From NCBI GenBank assembly GCA_051530055.1, contig CM121341.1:14114784-14178783 (forward strand): a DNA stretch of 64,000 nt, written 5' to 3'. Position numbers and translations under genes: made by a program. Below are positions 47,030 through 63,190 of the stretch, piece by piece (position 1 is the stretch's first letter; each line of letters opens with the position of its first letter). Source of the stretch: Neoechinorhynchus agilis. Lineage: Eukaryota > Animalia > Acanthocephala. Below the pieces are notes generated by a model, which saw only the letters and a program-made list of their open reading frames with translations, did no database searches and was not told the DNA's origin.

Positions 47030-47609
47030 ACTTTTGGTTTTGTGCGATTGTGTGTGTATTGTAAGGTGGAAATTGACGGTTGTAAATGTTACATAAGGGT
47101 CATGGGAACAGTGAACTTTTCTTTGTGAGAGAAAAATGACATGATTAGTATTTCATCGCAAATGTGTTCGTCCCTGATCTCTCTCCCAAATGGCTACTTT
47201 TCTTCTTTCTGTCATTTTAATATGTGAAAACTAGTAACTTATTGTGTCTTTTAATGGGAAAGGGACAAGGACGTCCAGGAATAACTTATTTTAGATGTAA
47301 ATAATGCTCAAAAAGGTTGTTTTCGCTTCCATTATGTTTTATTGTGCGACAAAATTCCCATACATGAAAATCGTATTTTCATATGTCTAAAAACTATCCA
47401 TCCCGGCGACCTAACTGAGGTTTATACTTTCTGCAAAATGGCTAGCGAAATTTATTGCAACCAAATGACACCTTAACTCTTTTTAGGAAAGCCGTTTATT
47501 CGCTCGTACAGGCCGGTAAAGTGCGAACCTCTTAACGCATCAACGAAATTCTTTAAAGAGGCCATTAATTGCATCCTTTACGGCATTTTAATTAAATATT
47601 TAGAGCTTG

Positions 47610-52061
<4,452 letters not shown>

Positions 52062-52358
52062 AAAGCAGAAATCAAACCCCAATTTTTTGTTATACAAAAG
52101 AAAAATGCCATATCGTGAGTTTTTTTTGGAAATATTGCATCTCTAAAATATTCTTCAGGACTTTAACGAAAATGATTCTTTTAAAACCAAATAGAAATCA
52201 CGTTCTTCGAAATTGAATGTAATTCGAGGCAATACGATATTTAAAGCGATACAGAGATCGGGGATGTTGGTCAAACAATTGCGGATTTCATAGATTTGAT
52301 CGTTTAACACCAACGATATGAAAAATTAGCTTGAAAACACTTTATTTTAAAGACGCTT

Positions 52359-53060
52359 TTAGCGTTTTTTCGCCATTCTTCTCTTGTTTTGAAAATAGTC
52401 GTTCACAGAACATTCCGTTACACATAACATTGTAGCTAGGGCTTGCTGTTCTTGTTGGCTAGGTCTTGGATTTTCCTTGAACTTTTTATTTAAATACTCA
52501 CGTTGTTCGGACGTAAAGTTCACGCGCCGTCGAGATGAACTGCTTGTTTCCGAGAGAGCAAGAGTTATCTCGCCATTTTCGTTGTCCTGTACTAACTCAA
52601 GAAGATCTTCACTGGAACTCTCAGATAAAACGGATTCTGGATTTGGTATATACTTTTTCAATATTTCGTTTTGCTCAGCGTCAATTCTGGATACGTGAAG
52701 GGCTTTGGTTCCCTTCACGAGAATGTCAGTGCGATCACGAAGAAGATAAGTCAAATGGGTTTCGCGTCTGAAAGTAAAATAAGAGCCAAAGAATCGAACG
52801 CAGTTGGTATCATGCAGCATTCGCCCATGACGGAACCTCGAGTACTTCTGTTCCTTGAAATGGCGATCTGATTCCAGAATTTCCTTAATTTTGGGTTCGA
52901 TCTTGTTTACAAACCGAAATTGTCCCCTTTCCAGGATGCCAATGACGTCGAGTTTTGATTGTTCTCCAGAAACGACCGGAATTATGGAGCGTGGTGGCTC
53001 ATTTAAGAACCGGTCATTGCTGTCTTCATCCGTAGATGACAAATCTGGTCTCACTAACAT
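52359..53060 (-). CDS. Divergent CUT-class (Onecut-like) homeobox protein
   Basis: Homeodomain RRRVNFTSEQREYLNKKFKENPRPSQQEQQALATMLCVTECSVNDYFQNKRR. Removing an in-frame 69-nt GT-AG intron (52768-52836) yields FKEQKYSRRETHLTYLLR, with the spacing of the CUT-domain FAQRVLCRSQGTLSDLLR. The ATG directly follows an acceptor-like tttttatgtag, so an upstream exon is possible. Confidence 0.8.
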   Translation of the reverse strand: MLVRPDLSSTDEDSNDRFLNEPPRSIIPVVSGEQSKLDVIGILERGQFRFVNKIEPKIKEILESDRHFKEQKYSRFRHGRMLHDTNCVRFFGSYFTFRRETHLTYLLRDRTDILVKGTKALHVSRIDAEQNEILKKYIPNPESVLSESSSEDLLELVQDNENGEITLALSETSSSSRRRVNFTSEQREYLNKKFKENPRPSQQEQQALATMLCVTECSVNDYFQNKRRMAKKR

Positions 53061-53659
53061 CTACATAAAAAGAATAGATCACTATAAACTTTTCGGAGCA
53101 CCGTTTAGCCTGGATTAAATATAAATTGCATTCCTACGAAACAAAGTAAATTTTAAAGTTGAAGCCTGCGATGTGCAGGTTGACAGCACAAGATAGGCTG
53201 CGTATTACTAGAAATTCATAGAAAATCGATTGATGTAAGGAACTTCCATTCGTTTCTCAATTACGGAGAAACGAACCAGCATCTTTTAAAGCGCTGTTGG
53301 GTGAATCAAGGACATTTAAGCTTAGGGTTGTGCGATTAATATGGATTCCACGACAGAATACCAGGCGGATGGAGTTTTATATGAAATTTGATTATGCGTG
53401 GAGGCTGTGGTGAGTTTGGTTTTTATAAGTCTTCATCGAACAATTCGATTGCCTCAAAAGAATCATTATTTTTATCATCGATACACTTTTATACGATTGG
53501 GAAGACGAGGTTACCTCGCAAAATATTTCAAACAAATCAAATATGTTATGATCGGGATTATTTTCACCAAGAGTATACATTATTTTTATGTAGCGAATTT
53601 GTAAGTGGCAGAAAAATAATTGATTCGTCCACATCTTAAAGAGCGGGGTTGCCTTTTAA

Positions 53660-53870
53660 ATATTGGACATCAACAATTCCATGGGAAAAAGGCTGCCTCC
53701 TAGGGACTTGACTTGCCCGAATACGATTGCTAATAGTAACTTGTCCCTTGCAGTTTCAGGAGCGGGAAATGTGGCGAAAAGGGTAAAAATACAAATGCAT
53801 CGATCCTTCGCTCTATATTTTCCTACCTCTTGCCATTGAGACAATTGGGGCCGTAGGAACAAGCACAGTA
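53660..53870 (+). mobile_element. CRE-clade restriction-like endonuclease fragment
   Basis: TIPWEKG...DLTCPNTIANSNL...GAGNVA...KY...YIFLPLAIETIGAVG, across frameshifts. Confidence 0.7.
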
Positions 53871-54721
53871 GAATTTTTAACCAAGGTTATAAAATGGTTG
53901 ATCGCAACATCACCGCATGCAACCAAATATTTTTATCGGAAAATCAGTTGTGTGAATCAGAAAGGGAATGCTTAGATGATAAATATGTTTCGCCTTTCCT
54001 ATCAAAACTTTTTAAATTTAGTGTGTAATGTCGGACGACTTTAGAAAGCTACCTAAATTCTAGAAGTGTCATCTTTACAATACATGAAACCATTGTCGTA
54101 TATTCGCATTCTAATTATATGATTTATCAATAGATAACTAAAGTCGTAAGACCTTTTGAGATTAGAATTTAGCCAATCTAAAACGTCTGTAACATATTTA
54201 GAACAAGTAAGCTTAAACTCTTAAATCGTAAAGTGGATGTGATTCGTGGTAAAAACATGCCATTTTGTTCATTGGAAATATTTGATTGTTCACGTAAAAT
54301 CTATCTCTTATCTTGGAAATTTTTTGACAATTTTTCACATAAACACTACTTATTATTAATTGTTCTCATGTTGGCACTAAGAATCTAAATGACAATCAAA
54401 TCTAACATTTAAATTAATGCGATACCTTTTTAATCTTAATAAAAAATATCCATTAAAAAGTTTAGGATTTTGATCCACAATCTCCGGGGTCACGTGGAAT
54501 TTTAGGAAAAGTGGGATCATATCATGTGTTTTTTCGTGTAGGCTCTTTAGAAAACCTAGAAGTTCAATTAAATGTTATGATTAAGATTCCGTGGAATTGT
54601 TGTAGCATGAAACGATTTGTTCTTCAACTATTGATTTTATCACAATTCTTACCAGCAAATTTATTATCTCATACTTCCAAACCACGCCAAAATTCAAATT
54701 ATTAAACTCTATACTTCCTCA

Positions 54722-55021
54722 TCACCTGCCACTATTTTGTATTTTCCGTCGTCGGAATATAAAAGTGACTACTGTCGTAAGTAATATTGATAGCGCTAGA
54801 GATATTGATGTAGACACTAGTGCTCTCGTCCAATTAAACGGTTTATATTCTTGTTCATTATGTTCCATGTACTTCTTAGTCAAATTGGCAATTGTAGTAA
54901 TTGTCGCTATTGTACTATTTTCATTAGAATATGATGATTGTGATGAATTTTCACTTTTTTGTGCTACGCAAACAGCAAGGACAAATAAAGCCAATAAAAT
55001 CAACATTCTTGTTTGAGTCAT
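54722..55021 (-). CDS. Small type I membrane glycoprotein (99 aa; C-terminus may splice further)
   Basis: Signal peptide MTQTRMLILLALFVLAVCVA. Ser/Thr-rich ectodomain with sequons NSS, NST, NLT, NWT. TM ALVSTSISLALSILLTTVVTFIF followed by RRRK. Confidence 0.75.
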   Translation of the reverse strand: MTQTRMLILLALFVLAVCVAQKSENSSQSSYSNENSTIATITTIANLTKKYMEHNEQEYKPFNWTRALVSTSISLALSILLTTVVTFIFRRRKIQNSGR

Positions 55022-55576
55022 TTTCAGATGAAGAACAACTATCTGCAAGTAAAAAATGTTGAATAATCGTTTCATTCTTTTAAATGACATAAAGACGAAT
55101 AGTGTCGAGAATTTACTCCTAGTAAATGCTTTAGAATTTTAACCACGTCTTTCACAGTGTCTGGGTCAAAATGTACGGCGATAACCTAGTCGAATATGTA
55201 TTCTGGATTTAAAAATTTGTTGATGAATACCAGTAAAGTTTTTTTAGCTCAAAATGTTGGCCGTATAGTAAAAAGCGATCCCCTTTATGAAGATTGAGTG
55301 CATTACTTATATTTATCACGAATATTTTCAATGAGTTGGGCGAAGTCTGCTTTATTTTACAAAAACATTTCAAATGAAAAGTTGAAATTATCAAAACTTT
55401 GGTTGTAGCATAATGCGAACTCGTACTTCATCTACTTGCTGAAGCTACCTTCAAAATGAGTTACAAAGACTGACCATTCGGTGAGGGATTTCCTTTTATG
55501 AATATTAATTACGCAAGCGCACGCTGTTACAATGAAAACGTCTTCATTTTTCGTATTTTCCCCGATTCCTCACCAG

Positions 55577-55716
55577 AGGAGCTGCTACGGCGCAGGAGGC
55601 AGTATGTACCTCCAAAGCCTGGATTGCTATGCCATACGCAATGTTTGAGAGATGGAAGTCTACATTGTTGTTTATCTGAAATATGCCAATGCTTGAAAAA
55701 GTCGAGATCTCTTTAA
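55577..55716 (+). other. Possible terminal exon of a Cys-rich peptide precursor
   Basis: Strong pyrimidine tract plus CAG at 55576, then ELLRRRR-QYVPPKPGLLCHTQCLRDGSLHCCLSEICQCLKKSRSL*. No upstream signal-peptide exon was found. Confidence 0.3.
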
Positions 55717-55744
55717 AGAAATTAATATTTCAACAAAATGTATT

Positions 55745-56460
55745 TACAAACATTCACGACGCCGCTCTGGATCTCTCAGTTGCCGTCCCGGTGTAATGGT
55801 CTAATGGACGGATGAAGCGTTCCTTTCCGTTGCACAGCCAGACTTACGTTTTGTCGGAGGAATACTCCTGCCCTCGTATCGTCAGAAATATCCGAGTGTC
55901 TCGACGATAAAGAGGAAGTAATGATTTCGACCCATGCCCCTGTATTTGGTCTTTTTGCGGTCCTCTGCGGCGGTTGCTGCTCCCTGGTTTAATAGTGGCG
56001 AATTTTATGTTACTGCCTGCGAACGTGTCGACTAGGCGTTCCATTCGCCTTCTCGCCACGGGGATACTGTGACACCGTCCGGTCTGCGGCCATCGAGTCG
56101 ACAAAGATTGCTCGGCTCTAGGATGTTGGGCGCATTCACAGTATTCAGGGTACGGCTAAGAATGGCGTTCACTTCTGCGTGTCGTGAGTACCTTTCGCCT
56201 GATTGCCGACAGACGAGACCATGGCACCTCGATGGTTCTATGATCGCTCCGCAACGGCAGCGATGGGATGTGCACATCGGTAACCCCACTCGTCGGAGAA
56301 AAGTGTACTCACAGAAGCGATAAGGAGAGCGTTGAGCCAAACACTTGTTGAAATTGTCATTCTTATCTGGGTTAGTGTCCAATTTTTCGATCATTAACAC
56401 GCCAGTGTTAGGAAAAGGGGTCTTCTCCTTCCTAAGATTACCAGTCCCACTTTTCACCTC
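55745..56460 (-). mobile_element. CRE-clade element 3' part
   Basis: GLPMCTSHRCRCGAIIEPSRCHGLVC...RHAEVN...RRPDGVTVSPW and DTFAGSNIKFA. It is the same family as 12350-12960. Confidence 0.9.
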
Positions 56461-58001
56461 TTGTGGGATGAGCATTGCTTAGGTTGCCGAAAGTTCCAAT
56501 GGGTCATTTGATTGGTACCTCACGGAAATCGAAAGTTTGACCTTTGACCTGGTTAGATCCTTGAGTAATGTTTGGTCCATGAAGGCCGCGTTTAGCTTCA
56601 ATGTGTTTCCGTCTTCTCCCATATCGTCAATGTGAATACAAAGAATTGGTCTTTCCAAAGAAAACGGATAAATACAATCGTATCCGCGTGTACATTAACG
56701 TAAAAGCAGAATGCCCGGGAATTGTATGCCCAGACGATCACCAGCTCGATTACTAGCTAGCTCAAGATACGGTTGATGTGCTCGTAGAATTTGTTCGCCG
56801 TATCAGATACATAAACCATCGCAATTCGGCAGCAGAATAAAACTTCATGCGATGATAGCTGCATAATACTTCGATCCAAGTTTTCGACAGAATCTAAAAG
56901 TTCTGTCTCCATAAACGGCACTCTGGAGCACCAATATAATTACTCGTCGCACACCAAGTTTCAATCGTCTGATAATTAGCATCAGTTATCTGTTCATTTC
57001 TAAAAAAATTAGTAATCCAAGGCAAAAAGGTGTCCACAAAAGACAAACACCGCCCCGATGCCAGATACACTGCTAAATTCACTCGAGGACGACCATTTCC
57101 ACCAGGATTTCGGGAAGCTATTTGAGTTCGATTCCGATGTGAGCCAACTAGTTCTAATAATGCACAATGCTTCAGAAAAAATTATCTATAATACACAATT
57201 TCGATCGCTCATCTACGGGCGAAACGTCAGCCTGTCAGCTTTAACGACCGTGATAGTCAGGAGTCCAAGTTGGAACAGCGCGTGGGAGTAAAAACCACAA
57301 TCATAATTGCGGCTAAAACGTACACCAGATGCATAACGGAACATTTAATCTACCCATAACTCGATAAGAGTATGAGTTGGTGATAGCACCCAGGAAGCAA
57401 TCTAAATTTTCTTCAAGGGGAATCGATTGATATGATACGCCAACACTAGAAAAAGGTGGAATATACAATCCATATACATTATAAGGAAAACCACTAATGT
57501 TATTCTCGGCACCATAGACAAATCGCTCGGCCTGCGGAGCACCATCCTCGAGAGTGATCGTGATAAAGATAAATTAAGGAATTGAATGGAAGGATAATTA
57601 CCATCAGATTCAAGTGCATATTGTTTTCTAATAAGAATGGGATTTTATACGGTTCGGACCAACTTAGATATTTGAGATGCAGGCTGCGCAAACTTATTCA
57701 ACTTGATACCCATAACAAAGCCATCGTTATAACTGGCAAGAGCTTGAAAATAGTCTGTGGCATTGAGCTGGAGCTACGAACCTTGCAACTTCCTTTTCGA
57801 ATAAGTTAGAAGGTACGTAATAGGCTCCGAGCACATATGTAACTCCGTGGGTTATCTAACTTAACTGATTCACGGTTTCTTAGAGATAGTCTCGTTTCCA
57901 AAATGAATCATTCGGTAAGTTAAATATGTTTAGAACATCTTGCAACATAACTAAAGCTCCTTTGCTTTCTGGACGAAAGAGCTCAAGGATCTCGCTTTTC
58001 A

Positions 58002-60552
58002 GTGAAAATCTCATTGAGCGTCTTTACTGTTATTTTTCTCTTCTTGCTTACTCCCAGAATCGACGGGCAGAACGGAGAAGCGTTCGAGCCACAATGCGCG
58101 CCAAGGCCCGACGAACTCAGAACCAACTGCCATCCGGAGAAGGACGCTGATGAAAAAAGTTGTCTGAGCAGAAAATGCTGCTGGCACGTACCGATCTCAG
58201 GTGGGTATAATACAGCACCTCATTGCTACCATCCACCCAATTACCCTGGATATGTGGTCAACGACGTTGCCCACGATTCGATCTTAAACACAACTACATT
58301 CACAATGCAAAGACACTTCAAATCACATTTGCCCGATGAAATCGAAAACCTTACGGCTCGTGTCGAACCTTACAATGACGGAATTATTCGAATGAAGATA
58401 TTCGATTCGGATCATGCGCGATTTGAGGTACCCCATGTACTTAAAGACAAGATAGATAAAAAACACAGCTTGGGAGCGAAGTGAAGGTTCATTATACGGT
58501 TAACCCGTTTCCCTTAGAATAAGCAGAAAAAACACAGGTCAAGTTTTGCTCGACACTAGCATTGGACCGCTGCTGTATGCAAACAATTTCATTGAAATCA
58601 GCACAACCCTTCCCACGGACTATGTGTACGGTCTTGGAGAGCACAGGACTCAGTTCCAAATATCAACAAATTGGAGAAGAATGTCCTTTTATACGGCTGA
58701 TCAGCATACAATTAGGGATGATAATCTTTAGAAGCGATTATTCTCCGTTCGGTACGTCGAAACAAAATTGAGAATAGTTACTGTACAGCAATCACCCATT
58801 CCTGATGTCAGTTGATGAAGGCGGGGATGCTTTTGGATTGTTCATGTTGAACAGTAATTGCATGGAAATGGTCTTTCAACCATATCCTCTAAGGCAGCTA
58901 CTCTCAAAAGGGCATGTTAAAATGAAAAAGAAAAAATTGCTTGCATGTCCTCCACAATGAAGTTTCTCGTTGCGAAAAAATATTGCCAAGATGCAGGGAT
59001 ATAACATTTTCTAGATAATCAACTCGCATGTCGATTTCAAGTGAATTTCATCCTGGTCGGGGCCTTTATAGAATCTTGAGAATGATTCCTAAAAGTATTT
59101 TTCGAAACCTTTAACGATATAACCATTTGTTCATTGTCGATTTTAATACTGAGAGTAGCTAACGTAATGACATACCGAACGATTGGAGGAATAATTGATT
59201 TGTTCATAATAACTGGACCAACTCCCGCCGACGTCATCCGCCAGTACTGGACTTTAATTGGAAATCCACTGTTAACTCCATATTGGTCTCTTGGATTTCA
59301 CCTTTGCAAGTGGGACTATGGCACGATCGCCAACTTAACGGCGGTCATAAATTCGATGAAAGCGGCTGATTTCCCATGGGATGTCCAATGGACAGACATT
59401 GAAGCATTGTACGAAAAACGGATATTCACCTACAACAATGAAACTTGGGCTGGTTTGCCGGAGCTCGTCGAGCAGCTACATGCAGAAAACAAGAAATACA
59501 TTTCCATAAACGACCCGGGCATAAGCGTTGACATGTCCAAGGGAAACTATTCTACATATTGGACCGGAATCGAAGATGACATCTATATTAAATGGGCTAA
59601 CGGATCTGGTCATATAATTGGGAGCGTATGGCCTGGTTTAACGGCATTTCCGGATTGGTTCCATCCTAAGATTTTTGAGTGGTGGTTCCGTGAGCTCTCA
59701 ACATGGAACAAGACTTTACCTGTCGATGGACTTTGGATAGATATGAACGAGGTGACGAGCTTCACTTATGGCAGCATTGATGGCTGTCATGAGTACCTGG
59801 ACAATCCTTACTACGTTCCAAAAATATTTAAGGATTACTTGTGGGCCAAAACGATTTGCACATCAGCCATGCATTATGGTGGTCAGCGTGAGTTTGACCT
59901 TCATAGCCTCTATGGACTAGGAATGGCAATGGCCACTAATTATGCACTCACAAAAATGACTCCAGAACGTCCTTTCATTCTAACTAGATCTAGTTTCCCA
60001 GGATCTGGCAACTACACCGCCAAGTGGGGCGGAGACAACTTCGCCACATATGATGATCTCTACTACAGCATCACCGATATCTTAAACTTTAACATTTTCG
60101 GGTTTTCCCTAACCGGTGACGACCTATGCGGATTTATTTACGACACGACCGCTGAACTGTGTACGCGTTGGTTTGAGCTTGGTGCTTTTAACACTTTCAT
60201 GAGAAACCACAACAACAACAATTCCCGAGCACATCATCCAAGTGCCTTCAATCCGGATATTACGAAAATAATGAAAGGTACTGTAATCCGGCGATACCGA
60301 ATGTTGCCGTATTTCTATACTCTTATGTTCGAGTCACATATTAGACTGCAAACCGTCGTTCAACCAATGTTCTTCCAATGGTGGAAAGACCCGAATACCC
60401 ATCCGATCGATACTCAATTATTGTTGGGCGATGCAATGTTAATTGTTCTGGTCACTCAGGAAGGTCACCGAGAGGTCTATGGATATTTCCCGGATTCTAA
60501 CAATTATTGGTATACGATAAGGTTGGCTAAACAATCTCAATGTTTCTCGTAG
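58002..60552 (+). pseudogene. GH31 lysosomal alpha-glucosidase/maltase-like gene with trefoil domain, disrupted and C-terminally truncated
   Basis: Trefoil C...RTNCHP...CLSRKCCW...PHCY, YGLGEH, TYRTIGGIIDLF, WSLGFHLCKW, WIDMNE (nucleophile motif), WGGDN (acid/base motif), FMRNHN. Two frameshifts at about 58475-58520, a 55-nt insertion (58731-58785), a ~260-nt insertion (58894-59153), no in-frame ATG, and no distal beta domains. Confidence 0.9.
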
Positions 60553-61059
60553 CGAAAATCACAAAAGGCGCCATATAATGAGCGCTTTATTTATAAAGGA
60601 GAAACCTCGGCCCTGTGTCTGATTATTCGGCATTTTTGTTTAGTCGAGGAAATCTTGCGCAACTCATCTGACATTCGTCTGTTAGTCTCAATGTCTTTAC
60701 AAAATATTTTAAAAAAATTCTATTTTTACACTGCAAAACGTCGCTGTTCACTTACATAAAACCATCATGGCCAATATATTTACCATCTAACTTTAAAAAT
60801 TAATTTGGTTACTGGCATAGAATTCACGATATGATGTCTTTTTTCACTCTTCTTTCTAAAATTGTGGGATTATTTGCCCCAATATTAAAACGTTATTAAC
60901 GAAAAGGTGGTTAGCGGCGAATTTGTTAGATTAAATATTATTTGTCCAGTCCTATTTTTGATAACATCATTGAGGAAAATGCAAATACCTTTTTAGAATG
61001 GAACTTTCAAAGCTTTATGATTCTAAAATGTTATTTGTTGATAGGAGAAAATAAATGAA

Positions 61060-63190
61060 ATTAAGATTTTATTGGATATTTCGATCCACTATCTCGGATC
61101 TTCTTCAGCAATCTAAAACACATACACAGGGATTCTCAATTCACGCGTCACATAACATCCGGTAGGAGTCGCATCCTTAATTTGAAATCAGGTTTATTGC
61201 CCTCGAACGTTTCGAACCTATTTATATATAAGGATTCGATGATAATACGTTCGAAACGCCGACCATTGCAAACTAGTGTTGTAGCGGCACTAAAATCAAC
61301 AGTGTGCCCTGTGTTTTTTGCACGGGCCACCACTGCGGAACTAATATCCGTGTTGCGAACAACTGATGATTCGTGCTCCTTCATCCGTCGGGTGAAATTG
61401 TTGGTCTGCCCCACATAGACCTGTTCGCAACCGGAACACGGAATTTTGTAGACCGCACCAGATGACTGTTGGCCATTCTTGGGACATATCAATCCGTGTA
61501 GAGTGCGTCCCCTCTTTGTGTATACATTTACTCTCTTGGCCTCGCATCCTGATTTTATGATGCGCTCCATAGCAAGATAAGAATGATCATCAGGGAATGG
61601 CAGTTCAACATAGATCTCTTCCTTTTTAAGACTTTGTCTCCCCATTGAAGGTTCGACAAGATGGAGAGGATAACCATATCGACCTGATATGCACTTCAGG
61701 TAATCAATCTCCTCGTTACACAACTTAGCGTTGCTACAATGTGTAAGAGCACGGTGGATAAGTGACCTAATCCTCAAAATTTTGTATTTGCGAGGTTGGG
61801 CTGATGTCCATGGCACAAGGCCCACTGGTATACCTCTCTTTCGGTACACGCTGGTCGTGTAGTTTCCACTGGCTAATCGGTATATCCACACATCCAGGAA
61901 CGGAATCTTACCATGGTCCTCCTCCTCGATCGTCCACTGAATATTGTCGTCCCTTCCATTCAGTTCATGTTTAAGGCGATCCATATTAGTCTCTGAAGGG
62001 TTAATCAACAAGAACGTGTCGTCCACATATCTGAATCAGATATTCACACCCTGTATCGACGACAAATGTTCGTCCTCCAAGTGCCGTATATGCAGCTCAG
62101 CAAGCACAGGAGCTAACGGGCTGCCCATGGCTACTCCATCTTTCTGGTCATAGTCGATGCCGTTGAACTGGAAGTTGCAGAATCTGGTGCAAAACTGCAG
62201 TAGCTTTCGCCAGTCACTATTAGTTAAATTCCATTCAGTGTTCGTAGACAGGAGAGGAACTGCGATATCTATTGCCACATCGACAGGAATTTTGGTGAAG
62301 AGGGAGATCACATCTGCCGACAGCATCCTATACTGGGAATTCTAAGACGATTTCAATCTTGAAACGAAATCCACTCCCGAGGAAACCACTCTCTCTGAAG
62401 ATCCCATTGCGCTCCTCAACATACCAGCTACTCTCCTTGAGATGTTCGTGCAGAAAGTGGAGTGTGCCGCAATTATTGGTCTGAATTTGATAGGCTCCTT
62501 ATGTACTTTCGCAAGCAAATACATTTCGGGCGTTTTCGCATCGGTTGAGCGAAGGATCTTATAATCTCCATCCGGAAGCTTGCCTTGTTTTTTAAGGTTC
62601 AAAAGAAAAGAATTGAATTCTTTTTCACGACTAGACGTTGGGCATCTTGATATTCTTGCAAATTCGACTCCATTTAAGATTTCCTTTCCTGCACTTATAT
62701 ACTGTTGCTGACTTAATACACAATACCCATATCCTTTATCGATCTTCACTGGAACTATCTGCGTGAACGACTTGAGCATATTGACCCCTCTTAACATCCT
62801 TTGTGATACATTGGAATTCACCCCACGATTCTTGAAGACAGATTCATAGAAACGCTCAAGTTTCCAGATCGGGATATTTAGATTATCACATTCCGTTCTC
62901 ATTGCGATCTTCTCTAACCTGATCCTATAGTCGATTCTCCTCGATACATTGTACGGAACAAAATCCGAACCATAGCTAAGCAGCTCCAAGACTTCATTCG
63001 GCAAAACTACCCCTGAGATATTGCGGATAGAATCAGTATGTTCTGACGCGGCAAAGAGTCGGTTGTTTGTAAGATTCGCGATTTTATTCAGGTGTCGTCT
63101 ATTTACTGCTTTAATATCGATCAACTCATACTTAAACCAATTTCAAGAACCTTGCCTTCAAAAAATTAAACACAATCAGCGACTAGAATT
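61060..63190 (-). mobile_element. Near-complete Penelope-like element (RT + GIY-YIG)
   Basis: One frame from 63124 to 61148, broken only by TAG (62342-62344) and TGA (62036-62038, W in NIWFRYVDD). Motifs PVKIDKG, FRPII, SADVISLFTKIP, GVAMGSPLAP, YVDD, and VYKIPCSGCEQVYVGQT..RRMKEH. Confidence 0.95.
61071..61112 (-). ncRNA. Intact minimal type I hammerhead at the PLE 3' end
   Basis: auug CUGAAGA A GAUCC-gagauagu-GGAUC GAAA UAUC caau AAA: 4-bp stem I, 5-bp stem II, AUAU stem III, AUC triplet. Confidence 0.9.

Noticed and set aside
56640-57900. Decayed membrane-protein-like reading on the minus strand (iGluR-like scraps)
   Set aside because: Too many stops and no diagnostic motif such as SYTANLAAF; it cannot be supported without an HMM search.
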